From contig LCNU01000003.1 in NCBI GenBank assembly GCA_001001375.1, positions 1 through 55,305 of the forward strand: a stretch of 55,305 nt of DNA, given 5' to 3'. Each line of letters starts with the position of its first letter. The stretch's first letter is position 1. A program made the position numbers and the translations under genes. Below the pieces are notes generated by a model, which saw only the letters and a list, made by a program, of their open reading frames with translations, was not told the origin of the DNA and searched no databases. Below are positions 45,581-54,936 of the stretch, one piece after another. The DNA comes from Candidatus Amesbacteria bacterium GW2011_GWC1_47_15 (GTDB lineage: Bacteria; Patescibacteriota; Microgenomatia; CAZETR01; Amesbacteraceae).

Positions 45581-46337
45581 GGGAAGGTTTCAGGGCAGAA
45601 ACAAATACCTGAGGACCCCAGAATTCGAAAGGGAATATGTTTGACCGACCTAAAAATAAAAACAGTTTTTTCCTGAGGTTTTCCGGTTTGGCTTCCAACT
45701 GCCAAAGGGAAGATATATTCGTAATCTGAAGGCCTTGCTGTTTGAGATAAATCAACAGGGAAAAAACGTAAGGCTCAACAGTAGTATCGTCATCGATACG
45801 GTTGTAAGACTGCCTGGGTCGGACGTGATGCCAGTCAAGCTTTTCCGAAGGTTTGAATGCCCGGGAAAAATCATCAATTATGCCTTTGAGAATTTTTTTA
45901 GCAGGTGTTTCATCCGATACAGGAGATCGGCGATTAGGAGCGCCGTAATTGGGACAAAGAATTATTATCTCACCGCCCGGTCTGCAAACACGAAGCATTT
46001 CCGCGATGACTTTTTCGGGATAGACAGTATGTTCCAAAGTGAAGGCAGTATATGCCAGATCAAAATAGTTTTTGGGGAAAGGCAGGTCCTCCCCCCGGGA
46101 TACAACAAAACGATGTCGGGGGTATTGTTTTTTGGCCAGATCTATGGCCTTGGGATTGATGTCCACTCCCCATCCGGACTGCCTGGGCAGCAGCAGAGTC
46201 GTCAGGCGGGAACCTTCACCGCAGCCTACATCCAAGACTTTCTTTGATTCCCGAACCCGATCGGCCAGATATTTTAAGCCCGGGTGAGTGCCGATGCTTT
46301 TTCCCGCACGGCGGGCTATCGTATAGTATTCGCTCAT
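45573..46337 (-). CDS. Class I SAM-dependent methyltransferase (type 11)
   Basis: VLDVGCGEG, GVDIN, LPFPKNYFD, TLEH, RVCRPGG. Confidence 0.88.
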   Translation of the reverse strand: MSEYYTIARRAGKSIGTHPGLKYLADRVRESKKVLDVGCGEGSRLTTLLLPRQSGWGVDINPKAIDLAKKQYPRHRFVVSRGEDLPFPKNYFDLAYTAFTLEHTVYPEKVIAEMLRVCRPGGEIIILCPNYGAPNRRSPVSDETPAKKILKGIIDDFSRAFKPSEKLDWHHVRPRQSYNRIDDDTTVEPYVFSLLIYLKQQGLQITNISSLWQLEAKPENLRKKLFLFLGRSNIFPFEFWGPQVFVSALKPSHE

Positions 46338-47161
46338 GCGGATAACCGCCTTTTAAAAAGTTTTAACGGGGTCTGCCAGGAAGCATTCATAAGATAGATG
46401 ACGGATCGTCTTTGCCAGGGAGATGCCACCAAAGACGGGCGGGGAAGAAAAAATACCTCCGGGAATATAAAGTCATCAGGAAACGGAATGCCTAATTCGA
46501 ACTTATATTTGACCGCCCTTTTGATCACCGACAAATCCCGGGCTGCATTTTCTGAACGTCGCAAGTGAGTAGCGTGCAGATATCTTCCCGGCAGCAACTG
46601 CCCTAAGAAAGGTGTACGCTCTTGTATTAAAACCCCATTGCCGTCAAAAAGCCCGCGTTGCATATGCGGACGGTCGTAATGCAGACCGGAGATCCGGCTG
46701 CGGTTGACCGCCCTGATTGTCACATGACCGCTGAATGGTCCTATCCTGTATTTTCCGGCCGACTCAGGCTGGTGGTGAAATATATCGCCTATTAAATTGA
46801 AATATTTATGCACCAGGAAATCCAAGCTATTTCCCTGCCGGCGAATTAAATCGGTCATCTGCCGGACAGCTGACCAAGGCCAGATTTCGTCTCCGTCCAG
46901 GTTTATTACCCAGTCGCCTACTGTTTTTTCCAGCATCTGCTGACTGACAGTTGTAAATTCATCAGCGGTAACTTTACCCAGGCGGCGAAACTTAATCTTG
47001 GGAGAGTCTATAGACTCTACGATTTCCGGTGTGCGGTCTGTGGAGCCTGTATCCCAAACGAGCATTTCGTCCACATAATCCAGCATGGACATGAGGGCAT
47101 ACCAAACAAAACGCTGCTCGTTTCTGATTATCGTATGGGTGACAATTTTAGGCACGGACAC
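46334..47161 (-). CDS. Glycosyltransferase family 2
   Basis: IIRNEQRF, WDTGSTDRT, NLDGDEIW. Confidence 0.82.
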   Translation of the reverse strand: MSVPKIVTHTIIRNEQRFVWYALMSMLDYVDEMLVWDTGSTDRTPEIVESIDSPKIKFRRLGKVTADEFTTVSQQMLEKTVGDWVINLDGDEIWPWSAVRQMTDLIRRQGNSLDFLVHKYFNLIGDIFHHQPESAGKYRIGPFSGHVTIRAVNRSRISGLHYDRPHMQRGLFDGNGVLIQERTPFLGQLLPGRYLHATHLRRSENAARDLSVIKRAVKYKFELGIPFPDDFIFPEVFFLPRPSLVASPWQRRSVIYLMNASWQTPLKLFKRRLSA

Positions 47162-48428
47162 GGGAGGAGAGATACAAATAATAACTGATGCTGACTATGG
47201 CCATGGCAATGTGAACAAAAAGTACGACCAGAGCCGAGCCGGTGATACCCAACGGCGGTATCAACATCAAACTCAATATAACCGTCAATATAATTGCTCC
47301 GGCACCCTGCCAGAAGAAATATTGAGGTTTGCCGAAAAAATACTGGATGCAATCCCTTAAGGGAGAGAGGCCGAAAAACAATGCCAGACCAGCCAACAGG
47401 ATCAAAAACGGTGTCCAGGCACCGCTGTAAGTCTTTCCGGCAAACTGCAGTACCAACCAGGCAACAGGGATAATCAGCAATGAGGCCGATATGGCCATAA
47501 CATTGCTCATAAGCAGTACTTTCTTCAAATAACGACCGGCATCCGAAGAACTGGTGAAAGAAGAAAACCTGGGAACGGTAACCGCCCCAAATGCGGTAGT
47601 GAGCTGAGGAAGGATGACGATCATCTGAGTGGCAAGCGCATAAACTCCGACGGAATTCAAGTCCAGAAAGCGGGCGGTCAGGAGAGTATCGATCCGGGCG
47701 CCGATCGCGGAGACAATGACGGTGGCGGTAATCCATTTATTAAAACTAAAAAACTGCCTGATTAATCCAGGGGTTACATCAACCGTCGATATTCGGGGAC
47801 GAAGAAACCACCAACCGATCAGAAAACCCAAAAGCGGCAGGGTGAAATGTACCACTATTGATGAATAACCGGTAAGCCGGGAAAGGGCGAGTAATATGAT
47901 TATCAATAACAAACGCAGGGCGTTGGTACCAACGAACAACCCCCCCCAAAGATAAAATTTCTGCCGGGCTTGAGCGAGAGAATATACAAACGAAAAAAGC
48001 ATTGATGCCAAGATGCCGATACCGGCCAGGCGCATAAAAGGTACCAGCTGCGGCTGGCGGAAAATAAACTCCGAAAAAAACGGAGCAAATATCATAAATA
48101 AAATCACGGCCGTTGTGCCCATGAGAAGCTTTACCAAAAAGGCCAGAGTAAGAATACCGTCTATCTGTCGGGGAACATTTCGGAATACCCCCGAAAACTT
48201 GACCAGTCCCTGACTGGTTCCCAAGTCAAAAACCGATGACAGCATGGTAACAAGAGCGGCTATTGCGGAAAAAGCACCGTATTCCCCTGCGCCGATAAAA
48301 CGAGCGAGAAGCAGATAAAATACAGCCCCCAACCCGCCATTGATCACTGTGGAGACGGAGGTGACCAGTGATTGGCGCAGGGTAGCAGTGGCAAACAGAT
48401 GCTTAAACGGCAACGGCATGAGCGGCAA
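47148..48428 (-). CDS. Wzx-type oligosaccharide flippase
   Basis: About 12 TMs; LARFIGAGEYG, FDLG, RIDTLL...VGVYALA. Confidence 0.82.
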   Translation of the reverse strand: MPLMPLPFKHLFATATLRQSLVTSVSTVINGGLGAVFYLLLARFIGAGEYGAFSAIAALVTMLSSVFDLGTSQGLVKFSGVFRNVPRQIDGILTLAFLVKLLMGTTAVILFMIFAPFFSEFIFRQPQLVPFMRLAGIGILASMLFSFVYSLAQARQKFYLWGGLFVGTNALRLLLIIILLALSRLTGYSSIVVHFTLPLLGFLIGWWFLRPRISTVDVTPGLIRQFFSFNKWITATVIVSAIGARIDTLLTARFLDLNSVGVYALATQMIVILPQLTTAFGAVTVPRFSSFTSSSDAGRYLKKVLLMSNVMAISASLLIIPVAWLVLQFAGKTYSGAWTPFLILLAGLALFFGLSPLRDCIQYFFGKPQYFFWQGAGAIILTVILSLMLIPPLGITGSALVVLFVHIAMAIVSISYYLYLSSRVRA

Positions 48429-49674
48429 CCTTCTCTCCCAATTCTACCGCATAGTTGGTTCCCCGGTCCCAGGGATACACTTGCTGAATGTTGGCCAGGT
48501 AAAGATTGGGGATAGGTGTATCAAGGGGAGGGATAAGCCGGGAGTAACGGGGGGTAACTATAGGTTGAGCGAATGGTGCTTTCCATACCCATAAGCTGCG
48601 GATCCAGGAGGATTTGAAATCCGGATTAATTTTTTTAAGATGCGGAGTAAATATTTTTACCAGATCGGACGCCGATTTTTTGAAATATTCATGATCAGTG
48701 GGGAGGTAATTACCGATATAAACCAGGCGGTCTCCCCCGTAATGGGCAGGATTCTGATAGTTGGTATGTTCGACCACTGCCAGGAAGGGCATGTTTTTTT
48801 CATTTATGTTGAGCCAGTAGGTTCCCTTCAAAAACGGTTTTTTTAAAGCCAACACCAGATTGACGGCACCGATGCCTGTCAGCCGACGGAGTTCATTTAT
48901 GTAGTCCCGGGGCAGCTGGGGAGCCAATCGAATCAGCAGCGGTGTAGGCAGCGTACAAATTACTTTGTCAAAACGGTGCTTCTTCCCGGTAGTCTCAAGA
49001 TCTATTTTACTTTTGACATAAACAATCTGATTTATATCGATACCATAATTTATTTTAGCTCCCAGCTTTTGAGCGTAATCAGCAAAAGAACGCGCCAGGT
49101 TTTCATAGCCTCCTTCAGGATAACCCAAATTCATACTGCGCTTATTGATCCGGGTCCAAAACCAGGATGCAGCAATAGAATCCGCAAAGTGGTGAAACTT
49201 ACCCCGGAAAAGAGGTTCCCAGATAACAGACCAGGAATTTTCCCCCATAACAACCCGGATAAATTTATGGGCGGTAGTATATTCTAATGGCTTCCAGAAG
49301 GGATTTATTTTTAGAAACGCCAATCCGGCTCCGGTACGCAGGCGGTCAAACATGGGCAGCGGCCGGAATTTTAATAAACTGATCGGAGAATCCAACTGAT
49401 AGACACCCCCTTTTACAAAGGTGGAGGTAACCGGACGGGTAAAGAAAATGGGGTGGCCTACTTCTTCGGCCAGCCGACGGATATGAATATCCGAAACAAA
49501 AAAATGATGGTAGTGTTTTTCCAAAGGCCATTCCCAGCCCTTATCTTTGAAACCTGTAGCCAGGCCGCCGGGACGGTCCTCTTTTTCGAATACGGTTACT
49601 TTGTGTCCGGCCTGGGACAACCGGATAGCAGCCGCCAGCCCTGTAAACCCGGCACCGATTATTCCTATTTCCAT
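48403..49674 (-). CDS. FAD-dependent oxidoreductase (amine oxidase/protoporphyrinogen oxidase-like fold)
   Basis: IIGAGFTGLAAA, FEKEDRPGGLA, LEKHYHH, LGYPEGG, QVYPWDRGTNYAV. Confidence 0.82.
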   Translation of the reverse strand: MEIGIIGAGFTGLAAAIRLSQAGHKVTVFEKEDRPGGLATGFKDKGWEWPLEKHYHHFFVSDIHIRRLAEEVGHPIFFTRPVTSTFVKGGVYQLDSPISLLKFRPLPMFDRLRTGAGLAFLKINPFWKPLEYTTAHKFIRVVMGENSWSVIWEPLFRGKFHHFADSIAASWFWTRINKRSMNLGYPEGGYENLARSFADYAQKLGAKINYGIDINQIVYVKSKIDLETTGKKHRFDKVICTLPTPLLIRLAPQLPRDYINELRRLTGIGAVNLVLALKKPFLKGTYWLNINEKNMPFLAVVEHTNYQNPAHYGGDRLVYIGNYLPTDHEYFKKSASDLVKIFTPHLKKINPDFKSSWIRSLWVWKAPFAQPIVTPRYSRLIPPLDTPIPNLYLANIQQVYPWDRGTNYAVELGEKVAAHAVAV

Positions 49675-50939
49675 GACCTTTTCACTATATACAAACTAAG
49701 AAAAAGTACAAGAGTATTGGCCAATCCCAGTGCCCCGACCGGACCTGACAAACCGAAAAGAGGAGTGAATACTAAATTTCCCCCGATGACAACCAGAACT
49801 TGTAATAGACCTAAAATACCCACCCACTTCGGCGATTTGAAGTGATAAATTAAAAGGGATAAGGGGATTATGGTATACAGAGCCGGTAAATAAGCGAGGG
49901 TTAATCCACGGAAATAGATAACAGCCTCAGCTGCGCGAATACCAAATAAGGCCGGAACCAGCCAGGGGGCTATCATCGCACCGAATAACATAGCCGCTGC
50001 GAGACAGGTAATTCCCAAAAACGCCTTTTGCAGGTAAACCTTTAGGTTTGTTATGTTTTCCGTTACAGAAAAACGGGAAGCCAATACGGCAGTCAGGGAA
50101 ATAAAAATAACCGGATAGAAATTTGCCAGTCGGGCAGCTACGGAATAGATACCCGTAAGCGAAGGTCCAAGAAACACCAAAACCAGCGGTACATCCAGCC
50201 TGGTAGTGACTGTGGAAGCGATCTTATAAACTCCAAGCCAACCGCTGAAACCTACCAAAGACCGAATATGGTTTGCAGAAGGCACATTCAGCCGACGGAT
50301 TCCCAGCCAATTTAACGAAAGGATAATTCCCAGGACGGGAGCCAGAAAAGTGATAGTTTCAACAGTTAACAGGGAAAATTTCCAGGCAAAAATCCATGGC
50401 AGACATGCCAGGAGAAAACGCAGCAGGGAAAAAGTATTAGAAGCTATCGCAGAATGTAAGAATTGTTTTTTGGCCTGAAGAGAATAATTTAGAATATCCA
50501 ACAACGAAATAGTAATAATAGCCAAACCGGCGACCATGACGGCTCCGATCTGCGGAGTGCGAAATACCGTTCTTGCCAGAAATGGAGAAAAAACCACTAT
50601 TACAAGAGATGCCGCGGCAGAGATAACCAAACGTAAGAATAAACCCGAGTTAAGATACCGCCAGGCTCCGGTCGAATCGGAAGAGTTCAGACAACGCGGA
50701 ATGAAAAATAAAAGACCGCTGCCTATTCCGAGGTCCAGAATCAGGACGGCGGTAAAGACCAGGTTGTTTATAGCGGAAAATATTCCGAAATCGGAGGAGG
50801 TCAGCAAGCGGAAGGTGATCAAGGTAAACAGAAAAGCAAATACAGAATCGGCAATATTGCCGGTAAAAAGGATATAGGTGGACTTGGCAGATCCCGAGCC
50901 AGCCAGCGAGAGAGCACGGTGTAAATACTTCTTCACCAT
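49665..50939 (-). CDS. Wzx-type oligosaccharide flippase
   Basis: About 12 TMs; DFGIFS, LDLGI, RLDV...TGIYSVA; resembles 47148-48428. Confidence 0.82.
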   Translation of the reverse strand: MVKKYLHRALSLAGSGSAKSTYILFTGNIADSVFAFLFTLITFRLLTSSDFGIFSAINNLVFTAVLILDLGIGSGLLFFIPRCLNSSDSTGAWRYLNSGLFLRLVISAAASLVIVVFSPFLARTVFRTPQIGAVMVAGLAIITISLLDILNYSLQAKKQFLHSAIASNTFSLLRFLLACLPWIFAWKFSLLTVETITFLAPVLGIILSLNWLGIRRLNVPSANHIRSLVGFSGWLGVYKIASTVTTRLDVPLVLVFLGPSLTGIYSVAARLANFYPVIFISLTAVLASRFSVTENITNLKVYLQKAFLGITCLAAAMLFGAMIAPWLVPALFGIRAAEAVIYFRGLTLAYLPALYTIIPLSLLIYHFKSPKWVGILGLLQVLVVIGGNLVFTPLFGLSGPVGALGLANTLVLFLSLYIVKRSWK

Positions 50940-50981
50940 TCAATTATAAACGGGGTATCGGGCATTTTTTTTTGCTACAAT

Positions 50982-51716
50982 ATGGGGGTGAAAAAAAAGA
51001 AAGATATATCGGTTGTTCTACCGGCATACAACGAGGAAGAAAATATCCTCCTTATCATTTCGAAGATACAACCCTACCTGAAAAAAAATTTCGGGAAATA
51101 CGAGATCATCGTTGTGGATGACGGCAGCAGGGACAAGACTGGAAAGATCGTCAAAGATCTCCAAAAGACACGACCCTGGCTAAGACTGGTAACGCATCCA
51201 AAAAACAGAGGCTACGGCGCGGCACTGCGATCCGGATTCACCAGTGCAAAAATGCCGTGGGTATTTTATACCGACTCGGACAACCAGTTTGATATCAACG
51301 ATCTGGACAAGCTGATGCCGCTGACGGAAAAATTCGATATCGTCGCCGGGTACCGGGAACACCGACAGGATCCGTACATGAGGATATTTATTGCCTGGGT
51401 ATATAACCAAATAATATGGCTTTCGCTGGGTTTGAAAATCCGGGATATCGACTGCGCTTTTAAAATTTACAAAAAGCAGGTATTTGACAAGATCAAAATG
51501 ACCAGCGAGACGGGTCTTATCGACGCAGAAGTGTTGGTGAAGGCAAAAAGGGCGGGGTTTACCATCGGGCAAACCGGCGTCCGGCATTTTCCCAGGACTT
51601 TGGGGCAGACGGTATATGAAGTGGGGGGAAGAAATAAATTTTTCGCGTTTGTGAAGCCTCAGGTCGTAATGAGTTTACTTTACGAAATCGGATCACTGCG
51701 TCGGGAGTTGGGATAA
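50982..51716 (+). CDS. GT2 polyprenol-phosphate glycosyltransferase (DPM synthase-like)
   Basis: ISVVLPAYNEE, VDDGSRD, HPKNRGYGAALRSGF, TDSDNQFD, RDIDCAFK, HFPR; start may be GTG 50988. Confidence 0.9.
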   Translation: MGVKKKKDISVVLPAYNEEENILLIISKIQPYLKKNFGKYEIIVVDDGSRDKTGKIVKDLQKTRPWLRLVTHPKNRGYGAALRSGFTSAKMPWVFYTDSDNQFDINDLDKLMPLTEKFDIVAGYREHRQDPYMRIFIAWVYNQIIWLSLGLKIRDIDCAFKIYKKQVFDKIKMTSETGLIDAEVLVKAKRAGFTIGQTGVRHFPRTLGQTVYEVGGRNKFFAFVKPQVVMSLLYEIGSLRRELG

Positions 51717-52834
51717 AAAAGAGACTTTAAAAAATACACTGATAACAAATAGATAAAAGGCGTCAGGAGGACGAGATAACGGGGGAAAACGGAGGTAAGG
51801 GAGAGGAAGGAGAGGTAGACGAGAGCCCACATCCCAACAAAGACTGCAGGACCGTTAATAATTTTCAATTTTAAATTTGAAATCCTTCGACTTTGCTCAG
51901 GACGAGTTTGAAATGAAAATATAAATGATATCAATGACAAAATTAATGCCGGGAACCAGAGGGGAGTCCACTCCCTTACCCTCAATAATTCCTTTCTCCC
52001 CCACCAAGTAGGCCAACGGCCGGAAAAAATTATGGGAAATATGCCACCCCAGGGAGCACGGGCATTTCCGGCCCACCAATCCGCCATCCAACTTTGCAAA
52101 CGCAAAAAAGCCATTGGGTCGGGATTTCTTACCAACGAAGGTAAATAAGGTATGACAAAACCTACCAGGATAAACGGTAGGGAAATAATATAAGCGATAA
52201 AGCTGCGGAAATTCTGCCGAAAAAAAAGATAAACCAAATAGACGGCTAAAAGCAGCAGTCCGTTAAGCCAGAATTTTACAGCCATCAATAACCCCAGGGA
52301 GAAGCTGGCCGGGATGAAAAAGCGGACGTCTTTCTCCGCCCGCAAAAAGAAATAAACCGAAAGCAGCAGGAAAAAGAGAGCGGGGATATCCAGATAAGCG
52401 TCGGCAAGGAGAAGACGGAACTGGGGATCGAGGGTTTGGAGAATGACAACGATCAAAGCCGGAACCGGTGACTGAAACAGCAGAAAACCCAACAGATACA
52501 ACATAAAAACCGACAGCACACCCAGCGCCAGTTGAATGACTAGGGGGTTTTTAAAATAGAGGATACTAAGACCGAAAAACTGTTTACCCAAAGGGGGGAC
52601 TTCCGCCTGGAGAGTCACCGGGTCCAGACCCGTAACATATTTGTAACCGATAATGGGATACAATTCCGTATCCGCCAGAATCCGCGGTGCCTTGTCCCCG
52701 ATTATTGTCTGGGACCGGGAAAACTCTTGGTCCCAGTAATTAATATTGTAAGTGTGAGTGTAAACAAACCAATGGGAGTTAATAAAATGAAGTCCTATTA
52801 ACAAAAGAATCGCTATTAGCCAAAGATTTTTCAT
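51680..52834 (-). CDS. GT-C glycosyltransferase (PMT-like)
   Basis: DTELY after TM1, EVPPLGK (compare PMT HPPLGK), DIP, VKF, PRY; many TMs. Confidence 0.72.
   Translation of the reverse strand: MKNLWLIAILLLIGLHFINSHWFVYTHTYNINYWDQEFSRSQTIIGDKAPRILADTELYPIIGYKYVTGLDPVTLQAEVPPLGKQFFGLSILYFKNPLVIQLALGVLSVFMLYLLGFLLFQSPVPALIVVILQTLDPQFRLLLADAYLDIPALFFLLLSVYFFLRAEKDVRFFIPASFSLGLLMAVKFWLNGLLLLAVYLVYLFFRQNFRSFIAYIISLPFILVGFVIPYLPSLVRNPDPMAFLRLQSWMADWWAGNARAPWGGIFPIIFSGRWPTWWGRKELLRVREWTPLWFPALILSLISFIFSFQTRPEQSRRISNLKLKIINGPAVFVGMWALVYLSFLSLTSVFPRYLVLLTPFIYLLSVYFLKSLFYPNSRRSDPIS
51860..51914. repeat. Short palindromic element plus 7-mer repeats within a GT-C gene
   Basis: TTTGAAAT (51876-83) + CCTTCGACTTTGCTCAGGACGAG + TTTGAAAT (51907-14), preceded by AATTTTC AATTTTA AATTTGA; encodes FQTRPEQSRRISNLKLKI. 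Confidence 0.6.
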
Positions 52835-54060
52835 TTAATTAATTTATATACGGAATAACCGGATTCATTAGTGCTGAGTTTTTGAACTTTATAAGGATAG
52901 AAAGAGTTGAGTTCATAATTAACCGGAGACAGGTTCGCTTCTTCCGGGGCTAAGACATACAGGGCAGAGATACGGTTGTAATTATCGTAGACTTCAGGTT
53001 CCAAATGAAAATAATATTTCAGAAAATATCGCAGCTGGTGGGCGCGGGTATCGAAATCCAGAAGTGAGGCAACATTGAAGTTTTCCGGTCTTTGGTCAGC
53101 AATGACGGAAGCGGCTGATTCCCAATCGGCTAAAGACACACCGGCGGGAAGTTTTGGCTGCAAGTCCAAGTTTAAGAACATGTATAAGAAAATAATCGTG
53201 ACTACGGGTAAAAATCTTTTTTTGGACCAAAGACGGGTAAGAATATTCCCGCCAAGTATGGCCAGCAGAGGCCAGAAGTGGAGAAAGTGATAGTAGGTAA
53301 TATGGCCCTGACCCGGATTTGCCAGGGTATCCATAAAATACTGCCAAACAGACCGGGTATGGTAAAAATAATGCTTAAGATCGAAGAGGATCATCGGCAT
53401 CCCGGCAAAGATCGAGCCCAACAAATAATAAAAAGCGTTTTTGATTTTGGATTTTGAATAATACAACAATATCCCAACCACCAATATCAAAGTGAGCAGA
53501 TAAAAATATTCCAGGCCTAGAATTAAGCCCGACAGGAAGCCAAGATACAGAGAATATTGGGTTGAGCGGGTTTGGTAAAAACGATAAAGACCGAAAAGGA
53601 CTAAAAGACCCAGGAGGGGTAACCAGTTCAGGCTCCAGATGAAAAGAGAGTGGCCTACCATAAAAGAAGAGAAAAGGAATAAGATGGAAGAGAACAGAGC
53701 CGTCCAAAAATTGAAAACTTTTTTTGTCAAATGGTATAGAGTTAATCCCGTCAATAGATTTAATAAAGTAAAGAAAACTGTAATAGGCATGGGGCGGTAT
53801 TTAAACAACAGCATCAATGGAACCAGAGAGTAATTGAAAAAAGGGGCTGTAAACAACTGATGGCCCCGGGAAGTGGTCCTGAAATAAGGTTGGCCCAGAA
53901 GCGAAGGCTTTTCCAGCATTTGTCCGGAAATAAGTAAGGACATGGCCTGTTCAGGACCGAAGATAATTCTGTTCTGGTAATTGAAGAACCTGACACCGAC
54001 AGCAATGGCAAATACAGCGACGATAATTGCAGTTTTTGTCAGAGATGAAGGCCGGGACAC
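52831..54060 (-). CDS. GT-C glycosyltransferase (ArnT/GT83-like)
   Basis: VRF...FGPEQA, LLGQ, APFFNY, PMILFDLKH, HYHF-like motif; many TMs. Confidence 0.72.
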   Translation of the reverse strand: MSRPSSLTKTAIIVAVFAIAVGVRFFNYQNRIIFGPEQAMSLLISGQMLEKPSLLGQPYFRTTSRGHQLFTAPFFNYSLVPLMLLFKYRPMPITVFFTLLNLLTGLTLYHLTKKVFNFWTALFSSILFLFSSFMVGHSLFIWSLNWLPLLGLLVLFGLYRFYQTRSTQYSLYLGFLSGLILGLEYFYLLTLILVVGILLYYSKSKIKNAFYYLLGSIFAGMPMILFDLKHYFYHTRSVWQYFMDTLANPGQGHITYYHFLHFWPLLAILGGNILTRLWSKKRFLPVVTIIFLYMFLNLDLQPKLPAGVSLADWESAASVIADQRPENFNVASLLDFDTRAHQLRYFLKYYFHLEPEVYDNYNRISALYVLAPEEANLSPVNYELNSFYPYKVQKLSTNESGYSVYKLIK

Positions 54061-54091
54061 TGGATGTAGTATATAATCAGAAACTGAATAA

Positions 54092-54934
54092 ATGAACCCG
54101 GGTTTAAGTTATTACAAGACAATAGGTGTTATCGGACATTTGGGTATGGTAGGCGGAACCACCTATCGTTACTTTAAAGATTCCAGTCAAGAAGTTTATG
54201 GTTTTGACCTTAGGGATCAGAAGGACAAAAAGAAAGCGTTCAGCAGCGAGCTGGTTTTCGTGTGCGTTCCTACTCCATATCATTGGGACGGACGGGGATA
54301 CGACGGATCAATAGTAGAAAAGGTATTGAAAATGATCCCTGAAGGCCGAACTGTAGTCGTAAAAAGCACAATATCCATAGGAACGACGGACAAACTTCAA
54401 AAATCCAATCCCAAACTGAAAGTTTTGTTTAACCCGGAATTTTTATCTGAAGCCACCTGCGATATAGATTTTCGTAATCCGGACCGGCAATTTGTGGGGT
54501 ACACAGACAAATCCTATACTGAGGCTACCAAAGTGCTCAATATGCTGCCGGAAAGCCCATACGGAATCATCCTGCCGGCCAAAGAAGCGGAACTATTAAA
54601 ATACATCAACAATATGCACGGGGTGCTGGAGGTGCTGGAATCCAACCATTATTGGGAGGTATGCCAAAAAGAAAAATTGGATTACGAGAGAGTGATCAAG
54701 GCGGCTGTTGCATCGAAATGGGTCGGGTCTGTCATGGGTAGACAATACCGGACAATCTGGCACCGGGGGGCACGGGGGGTAAAAGGCAAGTGTTTCCCAA
54801 AAGATCTGAACGCCTGGATCGATTACTGCAACACCCGGGGAATACCGGTGGAATTACTTTCTGCAGCAAGGAAGATGAACCTACGAATTCTGAAAGAACA
54901 AAAACTAACAGAGTCCAAAGCGGAAAATCTGTAA
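54092..54934 (+). CDS. Short UDP-glucose/GDP-mannose dehydrogenase-family protein
   Basis: IGHLGMVG, FVCVPTP, VVVKST, FNPEFL, AELLKY, GVKGKCFPKD (catalytic Cys); only 280 aa. Confidence 0.85.
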   Translation: MNPGLSYYKTIGVIGHLGMVGGTTYRYFKDSSQEVYGFDLRDQKDKKKAFSSELVFVCVPTPYHWDGRGYDGSIVEKVLKMIPEGRTVVVKSTISIGTTDKLQKSNPKLKVLFNPEFLSEATCDIDFRNPDRQFVGYTDKSYTEATKVLNMLPESPYGIILPAKEAELLKYINNMHGVLEVLESNHYWEVCQKEKLDYERVIKAAVASKWVGSVMGRQYRTIWHRGARGVKGKCFPKDLNAWIDYCNTRGIPVELLSAARKMNLRILKEQKLTESKAENL

Positions 54935-54936
54935 AA

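Noticed and set aside
51790..51826. Purine-rich GAGAGG repeats
   Set aside because: Reverse complement of CTC/TCC/TTC codons in a transmembrane helix; low-complexity coding sequence.
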